From Vulcanimicrobiota bacterium (lineage in GTDB: Bacteria > Vulcanimicrobiota > Vulcanimicrobiia > Vulcanimicrobiales > Vulcanimicrobiaceae): a stretch of 64,000 nucleotides of DNA. Both the position numbers and the translations under genes were made by a program. The stretch's first letter is position 1; each line of letters opens with the position of its first letter. The stretch lies in contig CAVTCS010000003.1 of NCBI GenBank assembly GCA_963733295.1, positions 1 through 64,000 of the forward strand. The letters run 5' to 3'. Under the pieces are notes generated by a model. The model saw only the letters and a program-made list of their open reading frames with translations, was not told the origin of the DNA and did not search any database. Of the stretch, positions 48,216 through 60,008 are shown piece by piece.

Positions 48216-50948
48216 GTGACGACTGGTCCGAACACGCTCCCTACGGGTACCGTGAGTTTCCTTTTCACCGACATCGAAGGTAGCACGGCGCGCTGGGAGA
48301 CGTACGGCGACGCGATGCGGATCGCAGTGCAACGGCACGACGCGCTCCTGCGTGAGGCGATCGTCGAGCATCGCGGCTACGTGTTCAAGACCATCGGCGA
48401 CGCTTTTTGTGCGGCTTTTCATACGACCGCGGACGCGGTCGCCGCCGCGTATCGCGCGCAGCGCGAGTTTCATAGCGCCGATTGGACCGAGGTTGACGGC
48501 GTCCGCGTGCGCATGTCGCTCCACGCCGGTTCGGTCGAATCCCGCGATGGCGACTATTTCGGCCGGCCGCTGAACAAAGTCGCGCGTCTGCTCGCGATCG
48601 CGCACGGCGGTCAGGTCGTGCTGACGGGCGCGGCTGCCGAGCTGGTTGCGGACGCGCTGCCCGAAGGCGTCTCGCTCCAGCATCTCGGTCAGCATCGGCT
48701 TAAAGATCTCGAGATTCCCGAGCACGTGTACCAGCTCGCCGGTCCGGACATTCCCTCGACCTTCCCCCCGCTCCGATCGCTCGAGTCAAATCGCAACAAT
48801 CTCCCGGTTCAACTCACCAGCTTCATCGGTCGCGAGCGTGAGATCGAAGAACTGCGCGAGCCGCTCAACGCCTCGCATCTGCTCACGCTCGTCGGGCCTG
48901 GCGGCGTCGGCAAAACGCGCCTGGCGCTGCAGCTGGCGGCCGAAGCACTCGATCGCTACCCCGACGGAGTCTGGTTTATCGAACTCTCGCCGATCGTCAA
49001 TCCCGACGCTATCGCGGACGCGACGGCGACGGTTCTTTCGCTCCGCGTCAACGCCAAGGAACCGGTCGCGAACTCGATCGTTCGCGACCTTCGTGGCAAA
49101 CAGAGCCTGTTGATCTTCGACAGTTGCGAGCACCTCGTCGCTCCGGCGGCGGATCTCGTCGCAACCGTGCTTCAGGCCGGCCCCGGCGTTCGCGTCCTCG
49201 CGACCTCGCGCGAGCCGCTTCACGTTCCCGGCGAGCGCGTTCACCACATTTCGGTGCTCGACGAAACGAGCGCCGTGCGGCTGTTCGTCGAGCGCGCGCA
49301 GGACGCGGCGCCGAGCTTTGAGTTGACCGAACACAATGCGGCAGCCGTCGGAGACATCTGCCGCCGGCTCGATGGAATTGCGCTCGCGATCGAGCTGGCG
49401 GCTACGAAGGTTGCCGTCCTCAGTCCGCAGCAGCTGCTGCAGCGGCTGAACGAACGCTTCCGGCTGCTCGCCGGTGGAAGCCGAACGGTGCTGCCGCGTC
49501 AACAAACGCTTCGCGCGCTGATCGATTGGAGCTACGATCTGCTCGACGAGCACGAGCGGCTCGTCTTCAGGCGGCTCGCTGTTTTCGCCGGCAGCTTTTC
49601 GCTGGACGCTGCGAGCGCGATTTGCGCCGACGAAGCCGTGGACGAATGGCAGGTCTTCGAACTGCTGGCGACCTTGGTCTCGAAATCGCTCGTCGTCGCC
49701 GAGCCGGCGGGCGACGAACGCCGCTACCGCCTCTTGGATTCGATGCGCGACTATGCGCGCGAGCGCCTGGAAAAAGCTGCAGAAACGGCGACGGTCGCTG
49801 CGCGCTACGCGCGATACTATGAAGCGCTGACGGAACGCGTCGAGCGCGAGACCGACGACCAAGCCGAGTGGCGGCAGAAGCTCGAGCCCGAAGTCGACAA
49901 CCTTCGTGCCGTTCTCGACGCGGCTTTTCGTTCGGATGGCGATCCCGGCGCCGGTCTTCGGATGCTGACCCATCTCGAACTTGCGCCCCTCATCGTCACG
50001 CCGCAGGAGTCTTCGCGCTGGTTTTCCGCCGGCGTCTCGGCGCTTCGCGGCGACGAGAATCCTGCGGTCGCGTCCCGAGTGTTGAACTCGCACGCTTATG
50101 CGCTCTGGTATGCGGGTGCCTCACTCAAAGAGCGCTTTGCAACCGCCGAACGCATGGTTGCGGTAGCAACTGCGTCGGGAGACCCCGAGCTGATCGTTCC
50201 TGCGTTGACGCGCGTCGCGAGTTGTTTGAGCGATAGTGGCCGGCTGGAAGAAGCAGCGGCAAAATATCTCGAGGCCGGCGAAAGGGCCGCGGGCTGCAGT
50301 TCCAAGACGGTCGCGTCGCTGCAGCGAAGTTGGGGCGTCAACGACCTGCAGCGCGGCGATTTCGAAAGCGCGCGCCGGCGCTTCACGCGCGTTACCGAGC
50401 TCGAGGGCCCCGGCAGCGAAGGGCGGGGCAGCGCGCTGCTCAATCTCGCCGAAGTCGAATTCGCGTGCGGGGATTCGGAAGCCGCACTGCAATCGGCCCG
50501 CCAAGCAAGGCAGATCTTCGGGAAACTGAATGCGCCGTGGCTCGCGCTTTTAGCTTGCAACCTAGGTGCCTATGCGCTCGCGGCGGACCGGCTCGATGAG
50601 GCCACCGAGGCTTTGCGCGAAGCGCTCGATCTGCTCGTGAAATCGGGAGCCGCGTGGCTGACAACGGCGCTCGAACATCATGCGCTGCTCGCCGCGCTCC
50701 GCAACGACAACGAACGCGCCGCACTCCTGCTCGGTTACACGCAAGAGCACTACCGGCTAACCGGCAAGCAGCGCCAAACGACCGAACTGCGGGGCTTTAC
50801 GCGTCTCTCGCAGCTGTTGCAAGAGCGACTGGCAGCAGACGAGCTCGAGCGCCTCCTCTCGACCGGCGCGGCCCAAAAGGAAGGAGACGCTCTCTCAAAC
50901 GCCCTAGCCGTTCAGCAGCTGGCGGGCGGCAGTGCGTCCCCAGCCTAA
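48216..50948 (+). CDS. Adenylate cyclase - STAND ATPase - TPR protein (fourth paralogue)
   Basis: FTDIEGST, DYFGRPLNKVARL, GPGGVGKT, IFDSCEH and LDGIALAIELA. Confidence 0.9.
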   Translation: MTTGPNTLPTGTVSFLFTDIEGSTARWETYGDAMRIAVQRHDALLREAIVEHRGYVFKTIGDAFCAAFHTTADAVAAAYRAQREFHSADWTEVDGVRVRMSLHAGSVESRDGDYFGRPLNKVARLLAIAHGGQVVLTGAAAELVADALPEGVSLQHLGQHRLKDLEIPEHVYQLAGPDIPSTFPPLRSLESNRNNLPVQLTSFIGREREIEELREPLNASHLLTLVGPGGVGKTRLALQLAAEALDRYPDGVWFIELSPIVNPDAIADATATVLSLRVNAKEPVANSIVRDLRGKQSLLIFDSCEHLVAPAADLVATVLQAGPGVRVLATSREPLHVPGERVHHISVLDETSAVRLFVERAQDAAPSFELTEHNAAAVGDICRRLDGIALAIELAATKVAVLSPQQLLQRLNERFRLLAGGSRTVLPRQQTLRALIDWSYDLLDEHERLVFRRLAVFAGSFSLDAASAICADEAVDEWQVFELLATLVSKSLVVAEPAGDERRYRLLDSMRDYARERLEKAAETATVAARYARYYEALTERVERETDDQAEWRQKLEPEVDNLRAVLDAAFRSDGDPGAGLRMLTHLELAPLIVTPQESSRWFSAGVSALRGDENPAVASRVLNSHAYALWYAGASLKERFATAERMVAVATASGDPELIVPALTRVASCLSDSGRLEEAAAKYLEAGERAAGCSSKTVASLQRSWGVNDLQRGDFESARRRFTRVTELEGPGSEGRGSALLNLAEVEFACGDSEAALQSARQARQIFGKLNAPWLALLACNLGAYALAADRLDEATEALREALDLLVKSGAAWLTTALEHHALLAALRNDNERAALLLGYTQEHYRLTGKQRQTTELRGFTRLSQLLQERLAADELERLLSTGAAQKEGDALSNALAVQQLAGGSASPA

Positions 50949-50962
50949 CGGAGGTACTCTGA

Positions 50963-51139
50963 ATGGCCCATCCGGACGTAGAACGGCACCTCGCCGAGCA
51001 CAGAAAGGCGATCGACGATCTCCATCACAAACTGGCCTCGGTATCCGGCGCAAATAAGGAAAAACTCAAAGGCGCCGTCGAGAAGCTCAAGATCTCGTAC
51101 ACGCAGTTCACCGAAGACGCCAAAGAGTGCATGCAGTAA
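50963..51139 (+). CDS. 58-aa helical small protein (absent from the ORF track)
   Basis: GGAGG at 50950, then MAHPDVERHLAEHRKAIDDLHHKLASVSGANKEKLKGAVEKLKISYTQFTEDAKECMQ. Fills the gap between its neighbours exactly. Confidence 0.7.
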   Translation: MAHPDVERHLAEHRKAIDDLHHKLASVSGANKEKLKGAVEKLKISYTQFTEDAKECMQ

Positions 51140-52020
51140 GGCTCTTTCGTATACTCGCCTATTTCGCGCTTGCGCTCATCGTCTTGGTGCTGCTTGCGGT
51201 CGGTGGATTGTGGCTCGCAAGCAATCGTGCGTTAGCGGCGCGCGTTGACGTCCCGGCCGAAACGTTCGTCGCAAGCGGCGGCGACGCCGTACGAGGGCGG
51301 CACTTCGTTACGAGCGTAGCTCACTGCGTCTCATGCCACGGTGCCGGGCTCGGCGGCATCTCGATGATCGACGATCCCAACGTTGCCGTGATCTCTGCGC
51401 CGAATCTGACGTCCGGTGCAGGAGGTATCGGTGCGAAATTCAGCGACACCGATTTCGAGCACGCCATCCGCCACGGCGTCGGACCCGACGGAACGCGGCT
51501 CCTTATCATGCCGGCGGACAAGTACAGCGGGTTCAGCGACGCCGACCTGCGCGACGTGATCGTATATCTTCGTAGCGTTCCAGCAGTCGACAACGCGACG
51601 AAGCCCCGTACAATCGGACCTCTGGGGCGCCTCGGGCTCGTGATCGGTCAGTTTTCGTTTCCAGCGGACGACATCGACCAAAGCGCGCCACATGTGGCAT
51701 CGATACCGCCCGCAGCGGATGCGACCTACGGTCGTTATCTCGTACGCCTAGGGGATTGCGCGTCTTGCCACCACGCCAATTTCGCGGGCGGGGACTTCTT
51801 CGATTTGAAGGTCCCGAACATCACCCCGGCTGCGATTGGTTCCTGGTCGCTCGCGCAGTTCGAGCAAACGCTACGGACCGGGCGCGATCCGAGCGGCCAC
51901 ACGCTGAAGCGCAGTATGCCCTGGCCCGAGCTCGGTCAGATGAGCGATCGAGAGCTCACGGCAATCTACGCATTCTTGAAGACAGTGCCTCCGGTCACGA
52001 AAGCGTCACCTAAGCCATAG
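51127..52020 (+). CDS. Membrane-anchored diheme cytochrome c
   Basis: N-terminal TM helix; CVSCH and CASCH; APNLT, IRHGV..MP and PNITP..MPW. Confidence 0.85.
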   Translation: MHAVRLFRILAYFALALIVLVLLAVGGLWLASNRALAARVDVPAETFVASGGDAVRGRHFVTSVAHCVSCHGAGLGGISMIDDPNVAVISAPNLTSGAGGIGAKFSDTDFEHAIRHGVGPDGTRLLIMPADKYSGFSDADLRDVIVYLRSVPAVDNATKPRTIGPLGRLGLVIGQFSFPADDIDQSAPHVASIPPAADATYGRYLVRLGDCASCHHANFAGGDFFDLKVPNITPAAIGSWSLAQFEQTLRTGRDPSGHTLKRSMPWPELGQMSDRELTAIYAFLKTVPPVTKASPKP

Positions 52021-52041
52021 CGCGAAAAGCGTCACGCGCTA
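52018..52041. terminator. Possible hairpin between convergent genes
   Basis: TAGCGCG-N10-CGCGCTA with no U-tract. Confidence 0.3.
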
Positions 52042-52044
52042 GCG

Positions 52045-53115
52045 TCAAAGCTTCACGCAGTGAACCTGATTCGAGGCTTTTGAGTCTGAGAGCGATCGAA
52101 CCGCATAGCAAGCACGATCTGCCGCCCCTGCCCCTGTGAAATGGATCTCACCGCGTAGCGTCGTGAACGTGGAGGTACGCAGCGCTCGTAGGAGCGCGGC
52201 ACGCTGTGCGTTTACGTTTGCGCTTGCAGGCAACGCGCTGCTTGCCGTGAGCGCGATCGTCATTGCGTCATCGTACGAGAACGTGTCATCGAGCGCGGGA
52301 CTGCCGAAAGCGGCGACGATGTCGTGCTGGTAGTGCCGGGCGGTTTCGGGAGCGATTCCGGGCACGGGCGTGATCGCGAACGCCGCGGCGGTTATCACGG
52401 GAAACTCGAATCCACGCCGCTCCATCATGGCAAGGATGCCGTCGCGCTCGAGAGCGTCGCTGGCCGCCGGATCGGCGAGGATGCTGCCGACTTCGGCGGG
52501 TCCGGCAAAAATCGTTGCGTTCGACAGCCCTGAAGTGCCGAGGACGGCACGAAAGGCCGCCGCACGCGCATCGTCGAGCGAGCGCACCGACGGAGTTCCC
52601 AACTGGTCTCTGCCGGCTATGGCGGCAGCTTCCATTGCTTCCGCTTCGTCGCTGTGATCCACGCGGAAGAACGTCGTCGCGTCGTTCACGGGAGTCGTCG
52701 TTGCCGAAAGCAGAGCGAGCGACTCGCGCTGTGCGACCGGCGCTTCGGCCAACGCAATGTCGGCTCGCAGACCACCGACGATCGCCACGATGCCCGGCTC
52801 GGCGGCGAATGCGCTTACGAGAGCGGCGCCGTTGGCCGCTTGAGCGAGATCGTCCGAGCCTTCATCGGCATGAGGGTTTTCGACATGCGTCGCCGAGTCG
52901 CAAAGGAGCGCTGCTACTTTTCGTTTCGTAGCGGCGTTCCATCGTGCAAGAGCGAAACGCACGCCGTCGCGCCCTGCCAGACCGCGAAACCCATCGTCGC
53001 CGGCAAGCGGCAGTTCGACGCCGATCGCAACCGGAGCGTTCGCCGGTCCGAGCCGTTCGCAACGCAAGCCGGCGAGGGTCAGCGCGATTGCGGGAACGGC
53101 TACTGCAGCGAACAC
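52045..53115 (-). CDS. Periplasmic binding protein type 1 (branched-chain amino acid ABC SBP-like)
   Basis: IGVELPLAG..G..GRDGVRFAL, FFRV and F.TLRGEIHF. Confidence 0.65.
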   Translation of the reverse strand: MFAAVAVPAIALTLAGLRCERLGPANAPVAIGVELPLAGDDGFRGLAGRDGVRFALARWNAATKRKVAALLCDSATHVENPHADEGSDDLAQAANGAALVSAFAAEPGIVAIVGGLRADIALAEAPVAQRESLALLSATTTPVNDATTFFRVDHSDEAEAMEAAAIAGRDQLGTPSVRSLDDARAAAFRAVLGTSGLSNATIFAGPAEVGSILADPAASDALERDGILAMMERRGFEFPVITAAAFAITPVPGIAPETARHYQHDIVAAFGSPALDDTFSYDDAMTIALTASSALPASANVNAQRAALLRALRTSTFTTLRGEIHFTGAGAADRACYAVRSLSDSKASNQVHCVKL

Positions 53116-53145
53116 GGCGATAATACCAAGATGCTTCGTCGCGCC

Positions 53146-54672
53146 TCAGCGCATGAGGAGCTCGAGCGCGGCGCCGTCCGGAACGCCGAGACCCGTGCAC
53201 GGGTTCCAACCGGCGTGCGCCCTGTAGGCTCCGTTGTTTCCGTGCGTGATGTCGCGGAGGGCCGCCGTCCGTTTCGCGCGTTCGTACAGAAGCGGTGCGA
53301 AAAAGCCGGCCCGCACGCCGAGGCGTTGGTTCAAGCGCGCGACGAGCGCCGCCCACATCGGTGCGATCGAACTCGTTCCGAGCGCGCGATGGCGCGCACC
53401 GTCAAAGACGATCGGATAGCCGGGATCTTGTTGCGCGGCAATATCCGGAACGCCGCGACCCGCATCCTGGCCTGCCTTTTGCGCTTGCGCCGGTATCGTG
53501 CTTTGCCAGTCCGGCACGGCAAAGTGCCGGCTAAATCCGCCGGTGCTGTTCGACCATGCGCTCTCGAGTCCCGACGCCGGATCGATGACCGTCGCACCGC
53601 AGGCGAGAACGAACGGCACGCAAGCCGGCGCTTCGGTATGCAGACGTTTGTCTTGCGGGTCGGGGTGCGCACCCTCGTCACCCGACGAGCAGAGGATCGT
53701 CACGCCGAGCAACGCCGCAGCCCCAGCCAAATCCGCGAGAAGTTCGAGCGCGACCGGCGTCCACACGCGCTCGGACCAGCCGAAGCTGATCGAGAGAACC
53801 TCCGGCACGTGCTCGTCGTCGAGCACCGCTTTGCGAATCGCGTCGAGAAACCCGCGCTCGTTATTCGGCGCGTCGTAGATAACGATCTTCGCTCCCGGCG
53901 CGAGCGCACCGGCGATTTGCGTATCGAGGGCCAACTCGATGTCCTTGCCCGTTTGGTTGTCGCGGTGCGTCGCGGCGTCGTCGACGCGCACGACGACCGG
54001 ATCGCGCGGCTTGGCGCGCTGCCATTCCATGCACGCCCGAAAGTCGTCGATTTGAAAACTGCCGCCGAGCTGGAGTACGCCGATCGTCTGACCTGCGCCG
54101 TCCGCACCCTCGGGGAACGCGTAGCGTGCGGCGACCTCGTGCGCCGAAAGCGCCGGCGTCTTACCGGGCGGCTCGGGTTTCAGACGCAGCGAGTGCGGCC
54201 ACTCGTGGAAACCAAACACGCCGCGCACGTAGTCGGCGATGTCCTTCGGCAATTTGACCGGCCCCGCGCGATGCCGGAAGTGATGCTGATTGCTGTCGAG
54301 ATATAGATCGACTTTCGCATCGAAGATCTCGATGAGCTTCCCGAGTGGGCCGGATATGATGACCGAGCGCCAAGCCGAAGCGACGATCGTCATCCGGTGC
54401 CGCCGGCAAAATGCTTCGACCGCTTGCCGTTCGCTGGGATCGGCGTCGCTCTGCTCGATCAACTGCTTGCGCTCCAGGTACGTGCGCTCGAGTGGCGGCG
54501 TCCGGCCGATCCGCTCGATGAGTGCCGGATCGAGCGCGCCGCCTTTCTTTGGCCGCAGCCAGATCGTTAGCACGATCTCCCGCGCGGGATCGATATCGCC
54601 GGCCTTCTGCGCGCCCGGCCACGGCTCTCGATGCGTATGCGGTACCTCGACTAGGGCATTGCCAGAGTCCAT
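53146..54672 (-). CDS. S53 peptidase (kumamolisin/sedolisin) with prodomain
   Basis: GAGQTIGVL, ELALD (Glu/Asp), SISFG, SSGDEG, RGVPDIA, GTS (Ser) and GWNPCTGLG. Confidence 0.9.
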   Translation of the reverse strand: MDSGNALVEVPHTHREPWPGAQKAGDIDPAREIVLTIWLRPKKGGALDPALIERIGRTPPLERTYLERKQLIEQSDADPSERQAVEAFCRRHRMTIVASAWRSVIISGPLGKLIEIFDAKVDLYLDSNQHHFRHRAGPVKLPKDIADYVRGVFGFHEWPHSLRLKPEPPGKTPALSAHEVAARYAFPEGADGAGQTIGVLQLGGSFQIDDFRACMEWQRAKPRDPVVVRVDDAATHRDNQTGKDIELALDTQIAGALAPGAKIVIYDAPNNERGFLDAIRKAVLDDEHVPEVLSISFGWSERVWTPVALELLADLAGAAALLGVTILCSSGDEGAHPDPQDKRLHTEAPACVPFVLACGATVIDPASGLESAWSNSTGGFSRHFAVPDWQSTIPAQAQKAGQDAGRGVPDIAAQQDPGYPIVFDGARHRALGTSSIAPMWAALVARLNQRLGVRAGFFAPLLYERAKRTAALRDITHGNNGAYRAHAGWNPCTGLGVPDGAALELLMR

Positions 54673-54722
54673 CTTCGTTTGATAGCAGGCGTGCGTGCGC
54701 GCCCCTGCCGCGGCGCCGCCCT

Positions 54723-55631
54723 TTAGCTCGTGGCGAAGATTCGGCTGTTGCGGATGTCCGGTTCCTCGATCGTCTTCAGTTGCTTCGCCGAGACCTTTCC
54801 GCCGTGCTCGAAGAGACGCGTCGCGTGGCGCAGCCGCGCGCGATCGATGGCGTTCCGTACGCTGCGAGCGTTCGCGAACTGGGGTTGCTTCATGCGCAAT
54901 GCGAGGTACTCGTCGAACGCCTGCGCCGCGGCCGGCGTGAACTCATAGTTGAGCTTGGCGAGCATCAACTGCGCGATCGCGCGCAACTCGACGGCGTCGT
55001 AGTTGGGAAAGTCGATGTGGTTTGCGACGCGCGAGCTCAGACCGGGGTTGCTTGCGAAGAACGTGTCCATCCGATCCTTGTAGCCGGCGAAGATCACGAC
55101 TAAGTCGTCGCGCTGGTTCTCCATTGCCTGCAGGAGGATCTCGATCGCTTCGCCACCGTAGTCGCGTTCGTTCTCCGGCTTGTACAGATAGTACGCTTCG
55201 TCGATGAAGAGTACGCCGCCCATCGCCTTCTTGAGGACTTCCTTCGTCTTGGGCGCGGTGTGGCCGATGTATTGGCCGACGAGATCGTCGCGCGTCGCAA
55301 TCACGAGATGTCCCCGGCGCACGTAGCCGAGCCGGTGCAAGATCTCGGCCATACGCATGGCGACCGTCGTCTTGCCGGTGCCGGGCGGTCCGGTGAACGA
55401 CATGTGAAGCGGCGGCGGCGCGGCTGCCAAGCCGACGCCGGTCCGCAGTTTGTCGATCAACAGAAGGTGCGCGATCTGGCGAATGCGGGTCTTTACGGGA
55501 ACCAGGCCAACGAGCTCGCGCTCGATCTTGCCGAGTACCTCCTCGACCTGCGAATCGCGCAGGGCGGCGTCGAGGTCGAGCGTGCGATCGGTCTCGGTCG
55601 CAGGCTCGACCGTTGGAGCCCCCTCACTCAC
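54723..55631 (-). CDS. cbbX: RuBisCO activase CbbX
   Basis: [55 protein letters not shown] and FANARS. Confidence 0.95.
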   Translation of the reverse strand: MSEGAPTVEPATETDRTLDLDAALRDSQVEEVLGKIERELVGLVPVKTRIRQIAHLLLIDKLRTGVGLAAAPPPLHMSFTGPPGTGKTTVAMRMAEILHRLGYVRRGHLVIATRDDLVGQYIGHTAPKTKEVLKKAMGGVLFIDEAYYLYKPENERDYGGEAIEILLQAMENQRDDLVVIFAGYKDRMDTFFASNPGLSSRVANHIDFPNYDAVELRAIAQLMLAKLNYEFTPAAAQAFDEYLALRMKQPQFANARSVRNAIDRARLRHATRLFEHGGKVSAKQLKTIEEPDIRNSRIFATS

Positions 55632-56068
55632 GGCTTGCCGTTCGTTGCCTCCGAATAGCGCTCGCCGTGCGGACGGTCAGCCGCGTACGCGTGCAGCGTG
55701 TAACCGATCTGACGGTCGGCTCGCACCTGCCGTTCGACGCGGAAGCCTGGCTCGTGCCGCGGCCGGTTGACGATGAAGCTCAGCGCCGTCGTTTGGCGCC
55801 CCAACCTCGCGTCGTACGCGTTGATCTTGATGTACTCGCCGGCGTGCGCCTCGCGCGCCTTGGCCAGCTCCTGCATGATCGCCACTGCATCGTGGAGATC
55901 GAACATCGGTTGGCCAAACATCTCCCAATACGCGTTGCGGGGATGCGGATCGTCGGTGTACTCGATCGAAATCGGCCACTTGTTGTCCAGCGCGTACTGC
56001 ACTTGTTTGGTGATCTGCTCGTCGGTCAGATCCGGCAGATACGAGAACGTTCCTTGGGTCACTCGCAT
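55628..56068 (-). CDS. cbbS: RuBisCO small subunit (red type)
   Basis: [34 protein letters not shown] and SFIVNRP..EPGF. Confidence 0.95.
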   Translation of the reverse strand: MRVTQGTFSYLPDLTDEQITKQVQYALDNKWPISIEYTDDPHPRNAYWEMFGQPMFDLHDAVAIMQELAKAREAHAGEYIKINAYDARLGRQTTALSFIVNRPRHEPGFRVERQVRADRQIGYTLHAYAADRPHGERYSEATNGKP

Positions 56069-56080
56069 GATGGTGCTTCC

Positions 56081-57684
<1,604 letters not shown>

Positions 57685-57686
<2 letters not shown>

Positions 57687-58569
57687 GTTTTCGCTGCATC
57701 AACTGCGGACGTTCCTCGAGGTGGCAGAGGCCGGCTCGGTCCAAGAGGCGGCCGCGAGGCTCGTCGTTTCACAGCCGGCGGTCTCTTCGGCCCTCGCGGG
57801 TCTGCAACGCGAACTCGGCGTTGCGCTGGTGGCGCGGCTGGGCCGGGGCATCGAAATCACCGCGGCGGGGCGGGAGGTCGAGCGCGAGGGACGGCGCGTG
57901 CTCGCTCTGCTTGAGGAGATCGAACGTCGCGCGCGTTCGGCTTTCCCGGCCCGCGCACGCCTGCGCCTCGCGACGGTAACGACCGTAGCCGAACAGCTGC
58001 TGGCGACGTTGCTCGCGGGCTTTCGCTCCGATGCTCCGCAGATCGAAGTGGAACTCGAAGTCGCGAATCGCGAACGCGTGTGGGACCGGCTCGCGCACTG
58101 GGAGGTCGAGCTCGCTCTGGCCGGCCGGCCACCGCAGGATCGCGACTTCCGCACGCTCGCTACGAGTCCAAACGAACTCGTCGTGGTCGCATCGCCCGAG
58201 GCCGCGCACGCCTTGCGCTCGCTCGGAGAAGCGACATGGCTCGTGCGTGAACCAGGCTCAGGGACACGCGTTGCGACCGAGGAGTTATTTGCCACGCTCG
58301 ACATCGCGCCGCCGCGGCTGACGATCGGTTCGAACAACGCGATTCGCGAATGCCTGCGCGTCGGACTCGGCCTATCGCTGCTCTCGCGCGACGCGGTAGC
58401 GCGCGAATTGGACGCCGGCGCGCTCGTCGTCGTGCAAACGAATGCGACGCCGATCGCGCGCCCTTGGCACCTCGTCGCGAACCGCGAACGCGAACTTACG
58501 GCAGCGGCAACAAGCTTCGTCGATTACACGATCGCCGCCTCATCTTTCGTCCCCGCGCGAACTGACTAG
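57685..58569 (+). CDS. cbbR: LysR-family regulator CbbR
   Basis: LHQLRTF..GSVQEAAARLVVSQPAVS, VANRERV and REPGSGTR. Divergent from cbbL. Confidence 0.85.
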
Positions 58570-58573
58570 TGCG

Positions 58574-59464
58574 CTAGGATCCGGCGGCTTGCCGCTTGCG
58601 AGGTTGTCGGCGCGGAAAGGGCGAGGGCGCGATGAGGAGTCCTAAGCTCCAGCCGAGATAGAAGCGCGCGTCGACCCAAAACCCGGAGGCACCGTACAAG
58701 CGCAGGCGCTCCGCGCCGAACAGCGGGAGGCTCGCGTCGAACAGCGCGGCGCACAAGAGCCAGGCGCTGCCGACGAGCGCGACGGTGCGCGCGCACGCTG
58801 CGAGATCGGCACTTCGGGGCGTCCGCAACAACCGGCGGTACCCGAGGCCGAGAATGATCAAACACGGGATCACCGTTGCGACAAGAGACTGCGTCGACCA
58901 CGAGAAGAGCCAGCCGGCGAAGAACGGAGATGCGACTGCGACCGGCGCCAAAGTTCGAGCGAGCCAGGGGGTTCGCAGCGCCATCCATGCGAGCGTGATG
59001 GCGAACGGCACGATAGCCCACGCCTCGGTGAGACCGATGCCGGCGGCGACTCCCGCGTACGTACGCCCGCTCGTTCCGTAGCGGCTCGAGACAAAGGCGC
59101 TCATCGCTTCGTGAATGCAAACCGCGGCCAGCGCGAACGCGAGGCTGAGGCTTGCGGTAAAGAAGACGTTCCGCCCTCTCGCGCGCCGAACGCTCTTTCG
59201 TCCTCCGCCCAGAAGTTGCGCCCTTGCCCGTTCCATGAGGGGTTCAACGAAAAAAGCGAGGATCAACCCGACGAGCAGCGCCCCAACGAGGTCCGTCACC
59301 TGCGAATGCCCGAACGCGATGACGACCCCTTGCCAAATAAACTCGGGAGCCGCGGCGCAGATCGCGATCCACAATGACGAGATCAGAGCGGCGCCCGCTG
59401 CCACGGGTGCTGCAGCAAGCCAGGCTCGAGGCGTCAGCGCAGTGTTCCGGTCAGTAAGGTCCAC
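58574..59464 (-). CDS. Multi-pass membrane hypothetical protein
   Basis: About 8 hydrophobic segments. No family recognised. Confidence 0.6.
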   Translation of the reverse strand: MDLTDRNTALTPRAWLAAAPVAAGAALISSLWIAICAAAPEFIWQGVVIAFGHSQVTDLVGALLVGLILAFFVEPLMERARAQLLGGGRKSVRRARGRNVFFTASLSLAFALAAVCIHEAMSAFVSSRYGTSGRTYAGVAAGIGLTEAWAIVPFAITLAWMALRTPWLARTLAPVAVASPFFAGWLFSWSTQSLVATVIPCLIILGLGYRRLLRTPRSADLAACARTVALVGSAWLLCAALFDASLPLFGAERLRLYGASGFWVDARFYLGWSLGLLIAPSPFPRRQPRKRQAAGS

Positions 59465-59573
59465 GCATCGGCCTACCTTCCTTTCCTTCCCCCGGATGGC
59501 TTGCGCTGTCGATTCTGGGTTCCCAGGCTCGACGTACCGTTAGAGGCGTGCCCAAAATCAAAACTCGAAAGGT

Positions 59574-60008
59574 ATGGATATGCGATTCATGATGCTGATC
59601 ATCCCGGGGAAATATAAAGATGCCAAGCCGGACGCGATGCCCGACGCCGCGGCGGTCGCCGAGATGATGAAGTACAACGAGACGCTTCAGAAGGCAGGTG
59701 TGCTCCTCGCGCTCGACGGCCTGCACCCGCCGTCGATGGGCGCTCGCGTGACGTTCTCGGGCGGGAAACCGGCGGTCAGCGACGGCCCGTTTGCGGAGGC
59801 CAAGGAAGTGATCGGCGGTTACTGGATGATCCAGGTGAAGTCGCGCGAGGAAGCGCTCGAGTGGGCGTCGCGCTGCCCGGCCGGCGAGAAGGACGCGATC
59901 GAAGTCCGTCAGGTCCAAGAGTTCTCGGAATTCCCTCCCGACGTGCAGGAAGCCGCAGCAAAGTTTTCCGATCTGCAAACGCGCGCGGGACAGGCCCCGG
60001 GCGCGTGA
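59574..60008 (+). CDS. YciI/DGPF family protein
   Basis: MRFMML, GLHP and DGPFAEAKEVIGGYW. Confidence 0.88.
   Translation: MDMRFMMLIIPGKYKDAKPDAMPDAAAVAEMMKYNETLQKAGVLLALDGLHPPSMGARVTFSGGKPAVSDGPFAEAKEVIGGYWMIQVKSREEALEWASRCPAGEKDAIEVRQVQEFSEFPPDVQEAAAKFSDLQTRAGQAPGA

Noticed and set aside
52654..54306. 550-aa plus-strand ORF (likewise 13371-14816, 16491-17795, 19911-21080, 43100-44206, 46243-47334, 48786-50093)
   Set aside because: These are antisense shadows of well-supported genes, expected in GC-rich DNA, and carry no recognisable motifs.
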